From: Protoeuglena noctilucae
Taxonomy: Eukaryota
Direction: 5' to 3'
DNA: 64,000 bases
Assembly (NCBI GenBank): GCA_958009085.1
Contig: OY253669.1
Coordinates: 558,001 to 622,000, forward strand
Shown here: positions 15,326 to 27,971 of the stretch, in pieces
Layout: each line of letters opens with the position of its first letter
Numbering within the stretch: the first letter of the stretch is position 1
The notes under the pieces: model-generated
Told to the model about the DNA's origin: nothing
What the model saw: the letters and a program-made list of their open reading frames with translations, nothing else
Databases searched by the model: none
Position numbers and translations under genes: made by a program

Positions 15326-16872
15326 CTAGGCGAGCTGCCACCGGGTGCGCCCGGCCAAAAGGTGAACGTTGTCGTCGGTCACGCGCCAGCCCTTGTCCTC
15401 CAGCTCGGCCACGAAGGCGTCGAAGAGGCCCGCGACTGCCTCATACTCTCGCGCCTCGTCCTGCCACTCCCCACGCCTGCCCTGGAGCAGAACGTAGCAG
15501 TGGAAAAGCCCCGCCAGGCGGTCGAGGCGCGTCCCGCCCTCGCGCAGCAGCACGTACCCCCGCTGGCCGTCCGTGGCAGCCAGGTAACCCCGCGTCGATG
15601 CTGCCGCGTGGCGCGCGATGGCCGCCTCGTCCCCGACGCAGCGAAGGAACTCGCCGCGTGTGCATCCGATGCGCACGCGCGGCTGCAGCACGCCGTCCAG
15701 GCGCAGCACACTCTCCCCCGCGCTGCACGACTCGGGGGTGGGGACGCGTCCCTGCGCCTCAAGCAGCGCCCAGGCGCGCTTGTAGTTGACGGAGGTGATG
15801 CGGAGCTGCTCCAGCGACTTGAGACGCAGCCAGGCGTGAGAGGCGTGCACTGCAACCCACGTGCCGATGACCGTCTCGGGGCCCGGGGCGTCGTCCAAGT
15901 GATGGAGCAGGGCGACACTGCAGGCGACGAGGACGCGGTGGCGTTCGGACATGCCTGCCACGCGCGAGAGTGCCACCGGAGAGGTCCAGCCAGCGCCCCT
16001 CGCCTGCACGCCAGGCCCGTCATCTGCCCCACCACCTCCCACAGCTCCTCCTTCGCCGCCACGTCCCCGACGTTGCCGCGCGAGAAGTGAGTCTGTATGA
16101 CGCGGGAACACGGCCGGGCGACGCCTCTGCCCACGGCGCGCAGGAGTGTTCCCCCGCCAGCGAGTAGCAGGAAAGCATCGGGGTACAGCTGGGCACTGAT
16201 CTCCATGGCCAGACCCCTGCGGGCGCGACGAGGACCCCGTCGCGCAATACGCCGAGGTCGCGTGGCGGGTGCATGGCCCGGCCTCGGGTACGCACATAGT
16301 AGAGACGCCCTCTGCGGCCATGCGCCACAGGCGCGGGTCCTCGTCGATGTGCTCGCCACCCGCCACGCCGACGACCAGGCGGCCCAAGCTGCCGATCCCA
16401 TCCTTCAGCACCCACTTGACCGCCACGCTCGCTGCGACGGTCCCCGCAGGGTCCGCGCCCACCCCAGCCGCCTGCGGGTGACGGCAGGCAGCTCCTCGGG
16501 CGTGCCGGGCACGAGAGCGGGATGTCGGCCATTAGCCAGGTCCAGGGCGCCTGGCCTCCAGCCTCAGCACCTTGCCTTCAGCAATGACGACGTGGTCAGG
16601 CTCGCAGAGACCCAGCCCGTGACGTGCACCGGCAGCGTCGCGAGCTGGTACGGAAGGTAGTCCGATGTGCAGTTGGCGGGCAGGAAGAGGGCCCGCAGAT
16701 CCAACCCCAGCTTTTGGGGCCCTTCTCCGTTCGTCGTGGTGACAACGTTTGTGGCCTCCACCCTCGGCAGCGCAGGGATGCGTGGCCAATCGCGCGACCG
16801 CTTCATCCAGTGCCTCGCCAACGAGCCTCGCCAGCGAACCGGGCTCGTCCGCGCATTTCCTCGCACGCACAT
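15326..16872 (-). CDS. RUS1 / root UVB-sensitive (DUF647) family protein
   Basis: FLPANCTSDYLPYQ, AVKWVLKDGIGSLGRL, DEDPRLWRM, HFSRGNVGDVAAKEE, LNYKRA-like VNYKRA, FVAELEDKGW. Confidence 0.9.
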
Positions 16873-17127
16873 TGCGACATGAGTCGCACGGCGTCAACAG
16901 AGGGGACCCGGAGGAGGGTTTGGAGTGTAAATAAGCGAATTCGCGCTTGACGTGCCACTTTGTTCGATTCGCCACTTCACATAGGAAAGATGTCAAGGAA
17001 TGCAAGACGCTGAAGGCAAAACCCGCAAGGTTTCGCCGGTGTGGAGTCCTGGAAAGGACGGGTAGGGCAGGGTCAAGCGTGCATGAGAAGCGGTGTCAAA
17101 AACTGTGGCCTCATCGCCCCAGCGATG

Positions 17128-18869
17128 TCAGAGTCGCGCGACGAAGAGGTCAACGTGCCCAGGCCGGAGCGTTATGACGGGCTGCGCCTCCACCGGCCTG
17201 GGAGGGCGGGGGCGGGACACGTTCGCATGACGTGGGCAGCGTCGCCATGGCTCGGCGGCTGGCCAGGCCCCCAGCTCACCTGGCGAACTTAGCACCGAAT
17301 CGCAGCGAGTGGCGCTGCAGGATCATGGCCAGGACGAGAATGCCCTCGAGGAGGGCGAAGCCCGTCCCGATGCAGTTCCGTGGACCAGCGCCGAACGGGA
17401 TGTAGTTGCCGGCAGGGCCCATCCCCGAGCATATGCGGACTGCATTGCCCCCCGCGTCCCGCAGGGCGCCGTCCCAGCGCGAGGGGTCGAAGGAGAGCGG
17501 GTCCTGCCACAGGCGCACGTCCCGGTGCAGCAGGTACGGGCTCAGCAGCGCCGACGTCCCCGCCGCCACGTCAAAGCCCCCGACCTGGACGTCCTCGCGC
17601 GCGCACCTGCCCACGAGGTAGGCCGGCGGCATGAGGCGCATGGACTCGAGCAGCACCGCCTGCACCGTCAGCAGGCGAGTCACGTCCTCGTGCGTGGGCC
17701 CGGACGAGGCGCCGAGCTGCATGACCTCCTCCCTTGCGCGGTCCTGCCACTCGGGATGCCGGGCGAGGAAGAAGCACGACCAGGCAAGCACAATGGCGCT
17801 CGTCTCCTGGCCGGCAATAAGCAGCGTCATGAGCCTGCAGGCATCCTCGGGAAGGGTTGCTGAGGCGTGTGGCCAAGGAAAACCCGTCATATGCGCCGCA
17901 TTCCGGGGGAGGAGATGGCGACGCGCTCAACTCGTCACGCAGGCTTTGATCGTCCATGGACGTGCCGCTGTCGTCAGTTGCGGACAGGAGGCGCGCCATG
18001 AGGTCCCCCTTGGGGGCCGCGGCGCCGGCGGCACGCCTGGCGCGGATCAGACCGTAGACGACGTCATCCAGCTCTGCTACTGCCGCCTTGTACTGCGGGG
18101 GGTGTGGAATACGCCAGCTGCTCTCGAATGGCCACCGAGGGGGCGGCGTCGGCGATGGGTGGGGAATCTGCCAGCTGCTCTCGGATTGCCCCGGGGGGGT
18201 GGGGTGGGCAGGGGCCATCGCACACACCTGGAGGTTCGTGGGCGTCAGGACCGATTCTGGGACGATGAAACCCGATGCGGCGCGCTGTGCGAAGAAAGAG
18301 ACGGCCGTTGCGACCGCCGCCGTGATGCGCTGCGAGTCCGGCCCCTCCAAGTCGGCACCGAACAGCGTCCTCGCGACCACGTCGAGCGTCAGCGCGTTGA
18401 AGTCGTCATACAAATCGCGCACGCCGTCCCGGTGCCATCTTTGGTCCAGGAAGGCGCTGGTGGCGTCGCGGATGGCGGAAGAGTACGAGTGGACGGCGGC
18501 CTCGCGGAAGGCCGGGTTGGCGAGTCGTCGCTGGCGCGCCCACACGTCGCCGTCCGTCACGAGCAGCCCCTGCCCTGCCAAGCTACTCCCCGGGAAGAAG
18601 GCCGTCCCTTGCTTTTGGAAGCTCGCGGCTTTGCTGATGAGCACCTGCTCGATCGCATCACGCCCGCCCACGACGATGACGGGCCGCCCCGCGAGGTTCG
18701 CACCCACCACATCGCCGTTTTCCCGCTGAATGCGCTCCAGCGTGCCGAGGGGGTCCCTCGCTATGGAGATGGCAAGGTCTTGGCTCAGCGCAGGAGGCAG
18801 GGCGCGAGGTGAAGCGCCCCTGCATGCGCGCGTCCGGCGTGCTGCGGCATCCCATCGACGCTGCAGCAT
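17128..18869 (-). CDS. Cytochrome P450, bacterial-like type (CYP746-like; family assignment tentative)
   Basis: GLLVTDGDVWARQRRLANPAF, I-helix AGQETSA, ExxR (ESMR), FDPSRW, heme motif FGAGPRNCIG; last exon VITLRP..ARL*. Confidence 0.92.
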
Positions 18870-19128
18870 CGCGCGGAGGCGCGGCGGGAACCCGGGCGCG
18901 ACGGACTGCTGTGACCGGTGCGCCGAAGCCCCCCTTCAAGCGAGCAACTGCAGCACACACTGACGGCGATCCAATCCAGACTGCCGTTGCGAGGGCGACG
19001 ACGGACGACACGAAGCTATGCTATGCGAGCGCGAGAGACCTGCGGCTGCGTGCCACGGCATCACGCAGGCGGGGTTATGACCACGAGCAACAACCCATCG
19101 CCGCCCCACAGCTGCACGAGCGCGTGCA

Positions 19129-19678
19129 CTATGCCCTTGTCACTCGGGCTTCACGGGGATGGCCCGCATGGCGCCACCGTCCAGCTTCTGCCCCGCGCGC
19201 GCCATGGCGTTCCAAGGCGTGGTGCGGTACTCGTGCCAGGCGTCCATGTACGCCAGCGCCAGCTGCAGGGGTGTCAACAGAGACAGATGTGGCACCAAGC
19301 AAATCCGCGCTCTCCTCATGGAACCTGAAGAACGACCCTCCGCAGCGACCCGGAGCTGAAATGCCCCTCACCTTCCGGCACTCCTCCTTGTAGTTCACGC
19401 CGGCGTGGAAGTAGCACTTCTTCATCTTCTCTCGCAAGATCTGAGCGCGTGGCGGCGGCGGCGCGGTCGCGAGCGGGTCCCGTCCTCTGTGCACGGGCGC
19501 GGTCGCCTCGCCCACGGCCCTGCGCGCGGCCCTGTCCGCGCAACACAGCGCAGCGCGTCACCAACGCACTCACCGACAGCTGCTGCACCCGGATGAACCG
19601 CTCCTTCCCCCTCTCCTGCTGCTCACGCCACGCGACGTAGGAGCGGGGCAGCTCCCCCTCCGCGGCCATGTCCGCCAT
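19129..19678 (-). CDS. NDUFB10: Mitochondrial complex I subunit NDUFB10 (PDSW)
   Basis: KERFIRVQQLS|ILREKMKKCYFHAGVNYKEECRK|LALAYMD matches the PDSW Cx11C pattern. Two GT-AG introns. Confidence 0.82.
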
Positions 19679-20171
19679 GGCTCCCCTTCCACCCGGCGTT
19701 CCAGAGCCCGATGATGCTGCGGCTACTGGAATCGGGGCCGCACAGAGGCAAGCGGGGAAGGCAAGCGGGGAAGGGAACTCGATGAACCTCGCGGGCCGCA
19801 GTCCTCCGCACCGATTGCCCGTACGACTGTGCCCGGCATGATTAGAAGCCCGCCCGGCTGCCAGTCTCGCAATGTCAGCAAAACAACTTTTGGTAACCGC
19901 GCGCCGGGCCTTCGAGCACGCGCGTAGAACAGCTCGTATTATTTGTAGATCAGCCAACAGACGTCTCGCTTTTCGCCGGGCCTCGCGAAACCTGGGATGC
20001 ACGGAGTATCTGCGCTTGGCGCCTCCCACGGCGCGAGCGCGAGCTCTCGCTGCCTGTCGCTTGCACATTTGCGGGTGGGGCGACCATGCGTGCAGTGTTC
20101 CGATCCCGCGACGGAGCGTCGAGCATCCCGACTGGGCGCGGAGCCGTGCACGGCGGAGCCGTGGCTCGGCA

Positions 20172-21598
20172 ATGTCGCGCTTCGTGGACGGAGTACTGGC
20201 CCGTTTCGGAACAGGATGCGCGCGGTGGAGGAGCGGGCGGTGGACGCGTCGGGCGCGGACGCGCGGGGGGACGTGGAGTGGCCCGCGGGGCAAGACCAGG
20301 TGCTGCGGGCGCCGCGGCGGATGCCGAACCGCGAAATCTGAAGACGTTGTCGTTCGGTCCGTTGTCGGGGGCCTCCCAGTCTGCACCCGGTCGACGGGGC
20401 ATGTCGAGCATGCCGAGTGCGGGTGGGCCAGGGCCTTAACAGCGGCGAGGCGCCCCCCCCTCCGCCGCAGGAGCCGAACGCGGACGCGGCAGGCGGACAT
20501 GGTATGAGGGAGTCGCTTCTGAAGGCGAGATGGCGCAGGGCCGGCACGTGGGGCCGCCCTCGACGGGCTGGGCATGGCAAAGAGCGTGTCCTGCCGGGGC
20601 TGCCCGCAGATCCTTTTGCCATTGATGGGGTTCGGCATCCTCGCGGCTCTGGCGTACGTGGGCCTGTCCAACAAGGAGGCTCTGAAGGGCTTCCTGGAGC
20701 ACTTCACTGACATTGTGGACGACTGGTGCGTGCGGCAGAGGGCCGCAGCGATGCCAACGCCACCCGGCTGCGCGCATGCAGCGTGTGCTTCGTCCTGACC
20801 TTCTCTCGGCAGCTCGTCGCCGCGCAGGGGCGTCATGGGGTACGTGGCGTACATCCTCATGTACGCGGGCCTGGAGGTCCTGGCCCTCCCTGCCATACCA
20901 CTCACCATGACGGCGGGGGCGCTTTTTGGCGTCGGACCGGGCACCATTGCCGTCTCGATCGCCGCCACCCTCGGCGCCTCGATCGCCTTCCTCATCTCAC
21001 GGTACCTGGCCAGGTGACAGACGCGCGGACCTTCACTGCGCCGCAGCTGTTGGGGTGCCGCAGCGCCCGAGTCTCTGAGCCCTGCAGCGCGCGTGCCAGC
21101 CTCCCTCCCACCCCCACCCCCCCGCGCAGGGACCGCGTGCTGCGGCTGGCCAAGGGCAACAAGCAGTTCCTGGCCATGGACCGCGCCATCTCCAAGGACG
21201 GCTTCAAGGTCGTGACGCTCCTGCGCCTCTCCCCGCTCCTCCCCTTCGCCCTCTCCAACTACCTCTACGGCCTCACGTCCGTGGACCTGGGGTCGTACGT
21301 GGCGGGGTCCTGGCTCGGGATGCTCCCGGGGACCTTCGCGTACGTGGCCGCGGGGAGCTATGGGAAGGAGGTGAGTCAACCAGCGAGGCGCAAGGCAGGG
21401 GGGTTTACTGAGGAAGCCCTCCCGCACCGACACGTGGCGGCATGCCCACCGCAGGTCCTGCTCACGGGGGGGAAGCATGCGGGCCCCGAGGTGTGGCAGC
21501 TGGTCTTGGTGGGGGGCTTCACGTTCGGCATCATCGCCTACATCGGGCGACTGGCCAAGGCCGCCATGGCAGAGATCGAGGCCGAGGCGAGCGGCTGA
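20172..21598 (+). CDS. TVP38/TMEM64 (DedA/VTT, SNARE-associated) membrane protein, likely plastid
   Basis: YAGLEVLALPAIPLTMTAGALFG, ATLGASIAFLISRYLAR, GFKVVTLLRLSPLLPFALSNYLYGLTSV, GSWLGMLPGTFAYV. Start is approximate. Confidence 0.92.
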
Positions 21599-21805
21599 CC
21601 ACCGCACGGGTGCTGCCACCGGGCGTGGTTTTACCTCATGAGCTCGCCCTCGCCCCATCCCACCCATGTGCAGCGCATGCACCCTTCACGTGTAGTTCTC
21701 TAGCCATCCATCTATCGATGCTCGAGCCGAGCACTGTAGTCGAGCAGCGCCTATCGCCACGATTGGAGAGAAAGAGGGCGAAGAAACTTGCCACCACACT
21801 AACGG

Positions 21806-22342
21806 TCACTTCAAGTGCATGGCCAGGATGTCTGGGCTGCCGCGCATGACGTGGCACTTGATGGTCTCGAGGCCCAGCCGCTGGCACGCCTCGAACCTGT
21901 GACAGCCGCTGAAGTTGTAATACACCCCGTCCACCTCGATGACGTCGATGGGGACCTGGGCAGGAGCGGGATGCAGGCCTCATGAGCGAGGTCCGTCTCG
22001 TCGCGCACGTGCCAGGGAAACCGGCAGCGGTCCTCGCCTGCTGGCCGATCTCCGCGATCGATTCCATCAGGCTCTTCACTTTGGCCTCGTCGTTCGTACG
22101 AGTGCCGTCGAGTGGCCTCCGGATCTCTGTCAGGGGCAACACGACGACGCGGCGCGACACGCGGGGGACTCTGCGGGCTCGGTGTGCATGGCACGTCCAT
22201 CGAGTTGCTCAGCAGTGGAGGGCCCACTGCTGAGCAACCACTGCTGCTCTGGCCAGGGCGAGCACCGAGGCACCCCCACTGAGCCTCACCTCCGGTACCT
22301 CCCCTTCGCGTCCACAGCGCTAGCAGCCACAACCGCACGCAT
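21806..22342 (-). CDS. SRX: Sulfiredoxin
   Basis: IRRPL..TRTNDEAKVKSLMESIAEIGQQ|VPIDVIEVDGVYYNFSGCHRFEA (catalytic FSGCHR), ending MHLK*. Confidence 0.93.
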
Positions 22343-22545
22343 AACGGGGAGCGCCGGATGGTTCGGACTCTCTAGTTGGGCGGCTGATGATGATGAGAAA
22401 TTCAACAGACGAGGGGTGCTATGACTCTTGGGCGGCTGGATTTACTCGAGCTGGAATGCCACTTCTACCTGATAAGACTCGAAGAGACCAAGAAGGGCGA
22501 CTGTAGAGTCAAGAGTTTAGAATCCAGAGTTTAGAAGGGGTAGTA

Positions 22546-22560
22546 CCCTAAAACCCTAAA
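22546..22560. repeat. Telomere-like/telo-box repeat in a divergent intergenic region
   Basis: ccctaaaaccctaaa, about 2 units of (TTTTAGGG) on the minus strand, containing AAACCCTA. Preceded by duplicated agagtttagaa. Confidence 0.5.
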
Positions 22561-22738
22561 CGCGCAAGAACTTTCTTAAAAGGCCAAATCTAGAGAAGTG
22601 CCGGCGGCGTGCACCCGCCAAGTAACTCTTTGGTACTTCACGGATCGTCTCAGGGAGTCCGCTACTCGATTGCTGACCGTGTTCCCGCCAGCTCTGTCCC
22701 GCCCACTGCTGGGGCCCTTGAACGCATCGCCTGGGCGC

Positions 22739-23618
22739 ATGGCCCCGTCCGGCCAGGGGCGGGACGAGGAGGGCCAGGTCCTCCGTCAGCGTCTACCGTT
22801 CTACAGGTTTCCGGGTGAGGGGACCTGTCGCGGTGCGAGTAAACGCACGACGCATGCAAGCAGTGCTTCTGCCTCGAGCCTGCGCCTTGCCGCGCTGCGA
22901 CGAGTTTGCGCGCCAGCGAAGTTGATAACGGCAAGTTGAAGCCCTCGTCTCTTCGCGCGCAGAGCTCGCGAACCTGCGGACGGACGAGCTCCCATCCATG
23001 AGCATGTCGACCTCGGCGCAGTGGGGGCAGGACCCGGTGGACGCGTTCCGGTCCACTGTCTTGAAACCTCGAAGAGGCCGCAATTGCATGCCCGTGGACG
23101 AGGGGAGCGGCGCAGCTGCGGCACGGCGGCCGGCACACCCACGGGAGCGCGCCCCCTTCCGGCCGGCAAATCCATACCAGGCCCGCAAGGATGTCTCACG
23201 CAAGCCTGCCGAGTCGTTCATCAGCCTTGAGAGCCCATATTTGCTGGAGCACGAGCAGGTTAGGACTTGTCTGCTTAAGTGCGCACGCGTCGCTGCACAC
23301 ATTCCGCAGCTCTCACACAAGGCTTTCTGTGGATCTTCGCAGTACGTCCATGACGTCGTGCATGACACGAGGAAGTCGATGGGTCCGTTCCACCCGTCCT
23401 CCGCGGCTCAGGCCCGGGAGTCCATACGCCTGGACGTGTATCTGACGTCGGCCGACGAGACGACCAAGCTGGCTGAGCGCATTGCCACCCGGCAGAGGGC
23501 GGCGAAGAACATGCGGGACTTCCTGTCGACGACGGGCCGGGTGACGGGCCGCGGGCACGCGAAGGCCGCGGGGGAGGAGGGCCACGTCGCGCCTGCTTCC
23601 AAGGTGCCCGTCGGATGA
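22739..23618 (+). CDS. Hypothetical protein
   Basis: Exons join in phase: MAPSGQG..RLPFYRFP|ELANLRTDELP..APFRPANPY..SPYLLEHEQ|YVHDVV..GPFHPSS..KVPVG*. Confidence 0.55.
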
Positions 23619-23750
23619 CTCACAGGGGAAGGTCCACGTGGGAGCTCACGTCGCGAGGCGCTCGTCCTTGCACGTAGTTTAGGTCCCTGCCGACTATCGC
23701 GGTTAGATGCCTGCCGGTTCCTGAGCGTTGCAGCATTGAACCCGTAAACC

Positions 23751-25270
23751 ATGGGTGGCCTTACGCTCCTCCTCTGCCTGGCGATGCCGGCGCTGTGCCT
23801 GGCATACCCCGTCGGAGCGGTCGACCAGTACCCGTGGTGCGCTCTCAATACAGTAGTCTGCGCCTGGAGACCCTGCACATTGCAGCCCAGTGTATAGGGA
23901 CCTGCACCCTTGGGGCATGTCCCAAGGTGCTGGCGCCGCGTTCTGTGCCACTCACGGGGCGCCCACCCGCTGCTCCCAGGGTCCGTATGTCGGAAAATTC
24001 ACCCGTCGTCGCGGATGCATCCACGCCTTATGCTTCCACACCCCCTGTTTATGTTGTGTCGGCACACTCACCCAGCACTGTGCCCCCAAACCAGTCCGTG
24101 CCGCCACCACCTGAGGTCGCCGTGCCCCCAACCGTGGCTGTTCCACCAGTCAGGGTCGTGCCCCCAGCCGAGGCTGCTGCTCCTCTGACCGCGGCTGCGG
24201 CCCCCGCCAGGGCTGTGCCGCCAACCGCGGCTGCCTCTTCACCCAGGGCCGTGCAGTGTTGGGTGCGGGACGACGCCTCGCAGCCCTTCCAGTCATGCAA
24301 AGTGTCAACCTTCCCATCCATCTGCCAGAACGGCAGCTCCTATCCAACGGAGGAGGCGTGCTGTGCGCAGGTCAGCTACCCTCCGATCACATGAGGTGCT
24401 GTGATCCTGCACAATGCTGCCACGACACGAGCTTTCCCCGACCCCGGCCCCTCCCGCAGAACGCGGCGTACTCGGACGGCTGCCGGGAGCCCCCCGCGCA
24501 GTGCTGGGTCCCAGAGAGCAACGAGACCCGCACGTGCGTCATGTCCTTGACCTGCATGAACCCCAACAACGACCCCAGCAAGATCTTCGCCAGCGAGGAC
24601 GTGTGCTGCAGCCGGGTGAGTCGCATGGCGGGGGCAGCGAGACGAACGCTGACGAGCCTCGGCGACGTGCGTGTGGGGATCGCGCGATGCCGCCATGTCC
24701 GCAGAACGTGGTGTGGCCGGAGGGTTGCAGCGAGACGCAAGCGGAGGCCAGGGCCAAGGCGGGAGGGGTCCCGTGCTGGGTGCGAGGCACTTTCTACCCG
24801 GCCAAGCGCTGCCGGTCTTCCTACGCACTGTGCCAGGCGAGGAGCGGGGGCTCGACCGGGCGTGGCGCAGTGTGCGCCGCTGCCCCTGCGCTGTCATCCG
24901 GCTCGCCTGTGGCTCCCGTGCCTCCCAGAAGGACACCACGGGCACGGGCATCTACCCGACGGAGGCCGACTGTTGCGCGCCGGGAGGGGCCTTCTCCGAC
25001 GGATGCGACCACCCCCTGCCCACGACCTGCTGGATCGTGGGTGACCTGCTAGAGCTGACAGTCAGTGCAGCAGCGGCGCTGTGCGCTGAGAGTTGGGCAT
25101 TTGCACGACGGCCGCCTCCTTAAGCCCTTGCAGACGAGTACGATCCGCGCTCCTGCCGCCACGAGTCCCGGGCCTACGTCTGCCTCCGAGGGTGGGGCAC
25201 GTACGACAGCAACGCCGCGTGCTGTGCGGGGGCGTTTGGCACGCAGGGCTGTCAGGTCGAGCCCGCGTGA
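23751..25270 (+). CDS. Secreted Pro-rich protein with four Cys-rich repeats
   Basis: Signal peptide MGGLTLLLCLAMPALCLA, a Pro/Ala/Val-rich linker, then four CW..C..C..(Y/F)xxxxxCC..GC units, ending GCQVEPA*. Confidence 0.75.
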
Positions 25271-25364
25271 CACATGACGCCGCTCAGTCTCGTGAGATAT
25301 GCATGCACGGTTCGACGGGTCTCTCGCTTCTAGGCAGCAGCCACGTGCGACCATGCCATGCGCC

Positions 25365-27971
25365 CTAGGTGGCGTGCCCGAGCCGCAGCGCGCCGACCAG
25401 CGACGCCCCACCCCCCTTGAAAGCACACGAGGTCACCAGCTTGCTGTGGCCGAACGTCTCCGCTACGAACTGCGCCCTCTGCTCGACCTGGGCGCGCTCT
25501 GCGGCACAAGCGCAGGACGGGGTGGGCAAGCGCCCAGGCCTGCCTGCGAGGTGGCCCCGGCAGCTGCTGTCCTCACCGGAACCGCCCCTCGTCCGGGTCG
25601 CCCTGGCCGCGGAGTGCTGGGGCGTGGTGGGCGCGGGAAGGAGCCCCACGTCACACTCTCTGCTCTGGGCCTCACTGCAGGCACGGCTGGGCATTGCCGT
25701 GCCGTCGTCGCTGCCAGCCTAGGCAGCCCAACCGTCCCCGCCCCCGCCTCACCTGCCACCCAAAGTCTGCCAAGCGCCCCACTCCCCCTCCACACGCAAC
25801 GATGGACCCTGCGCAGACGCGCCATCGCGCAGGGACCCTGGGTGGGGAGACGCGCGAGTGGCTTTGTGACTGCCCACACAACGTCTGATAGCTGCTGAGC
25901 GGTGCATACGCGGCAGCGATGGCGTCTCACGCACCCGTGTGGGTGTGGTACGCGACCGCGTGCGAGTGCCGGACGTTGCGTGGCCTCTCGGAGGTGGCGT
26001 CCCCGCGCGTTGGCCACGGGAACTGGAGTGACTTGGGTGTCGAGTCGGCAAACTGCGGCGAACAAATGGGCGGAGACGTCCCTAAAGGCGCCCGTAGGAC
26101 CCACGCACACGCCAGCACAGAGCCAAGCTCTCCCAACTTGCCTTGTGAGATGCGATGTGAACGACGGCGGTGGGTCCTCCCGGGACCTCGAGCCGGCCCT
26201 GCAGGACGCCACCGACGCTCCCCGCCACGTGCCGATCCAGCACGCACGCCACCTGCGCCGGCGCGTTGGGCGTGAAGGGACGAGGGGAGCCCGCCCCTTC
26301 CTCCACCTCTGCGCGCACCGAGGACGTCGCATCCGACGGCGGGCCAGCCAGGGATCGACACAGCGCGCCCCACACTGTCCCAGCTGAAGCTCACCCGCAC
26401 TCCCGCAAGCAGTGAAGGTCGGCCCGGGGAGCTCTCCGGTGTTCCGCCGACGCCCTGGGACCGCAGGCGCGGGGACTGGGGCACCGGGCTCAGCCCCTGC
26501 CACCGCCACTGCCGTTGCTGGCCGCTGGCCAGTCAACCCCCTCCCAACAGTGCGGGGTCCACCCTCCCGGGCGCCGTGTCGCGCGGCGTCCCGCGCCGCA
26601 CCCAAGGTGCCGCCCGCTTCCCCCAGGTGGGCCCCCGCCGCGTCCAAGGGCTGCGCAGGCACGGTGGCAGGCCTCCGCCGGGCCACTGGGCCATCCCATC
26701 CCCGCCCCACGCTGCCCTGCCATATCGGTGGCGGATCGAGGGGATTCGACCGCTGTGACAGCGACACCCGCTGGGACTCAGGCATTTCCAAGGGCCATGG
26801 GCCCAGCATCCTGCGCAGGGGCCCCTCCTCTCCATCCTCTCCCGCAAACGCGCGCCCCTCCTTCGCGTCCATCGGCTCCTGGCTCAGTAGGGGACCGGTG
26901 GGGGCCTCCCCTCCCCTAAGGCCCGCCAGGGGCAGCCGGCCATCGTCCGCGTCACTCTGGGAGGGTGGCGACGCGCCCAGCCCGCGGAACAGCGCGTCTA
27001 GCGAGCGGAGCATGCGCCGCGTGGCAGCCCTGCGAGGAAGGGGAGCACGTGCATGCACATGACGCGGCGCCTCTCTCACTGCAGCGCGGTGAGGGGCAGC
27101 ACCGTCCCCGCCGCGGCCATCCCTCGCCTGTCGGCCACCACGGCAGGCGCGTCCGCCCTCGGCGCGGCGCCGCGCAAAGGCGGGGCGGAGCGGTCCAGGG
27201 GCGTCATCTGCAGCCCTGCGTACGCCACGCCGGGGCGCCCCGGCCCCTGGCTCCCCTCCAACAGCAGCAACAGGCCCCTGCGCGCCGCCTCCACCTCCCG
27301 GAGCGTCTGGGGGCCGATCTCGGCATACGACGCCGCGCGGTGGACGTGGGCGTTGGCCCGTTCGGGGCTGGCGTGGCGGGCGGGGGACGCCCTGCGACGA
27401 CACGACGGGTCTTCCCACTAAGAGTGTGAGTCTAAGCCCGCTCAAGACCACACATGGCACAGAGGAGCGGTGCGTGCTCCTGTGGGCTGACGACTCGGAA
27501 CTAAGCGCCTCACCTGCGCGACGTGGACGGCTGCGACGACGCGCCTGCCGACAGCTGCGGCACAGACACCCCGACCACCACGTTTGCCAGCCCACGGGGC
27601 CGCGAGGGGACGGCCCCCGCGCGTGGGGTGCTCGGCCCCTCTGGCTCGTCCTCAATGGGGGCGGGGGGTGTGGGGTGCACGGAGGGGTTGCCCAGCAGGA
27701 GGAGGGAGGGCTGGTGCGGCGGCGGCGAGAGCGACGCTGCGTCGGACATGCTGTCGAGGGAGAAGGCGTGCACGTGCTCGGGGGCCGCGGGGACGCGGAC
27801 ACGCGTGGGGAGGACGGCGCGGAGGGGGCCGGGGGGGCTGGCGCCCGAGGCCTCTGACCCGTGCCGTGGCAGTGGCAGGCGCAGGGAGCGGGGCGGCGAG
27901 GGCGGACAGGCGGGGTCGGGGGGCGCCATCTCCGGAAGGAGGACGCCGATGGGGAGGGGCTGGGACTGCAT
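25365..27971 (-). CDS. Hypothetical multi-exon protein
   Basis: Protein-like segments (MEAARRGLLLLLEG, VACVLDRHVAGSVGGVL, VEQRAQFVAETFGHSKLVTSCAF) bounded by splice sites. The full model is not resolved. Confidence 0.4.

Noticed and set aside
22386..22472. Box C/D snoRNA-like arrangement (ATGATGA...CTGA) with a 10-nt match GAGCTGGAAT complementary to 18S rRNA
   Set aside because: No terminal stem, and the match is not adjacent to a D or D' box. The ATGATGA comes from a (tca)n tract upstream of SRX. An Infernal or snoscan run would settle it.
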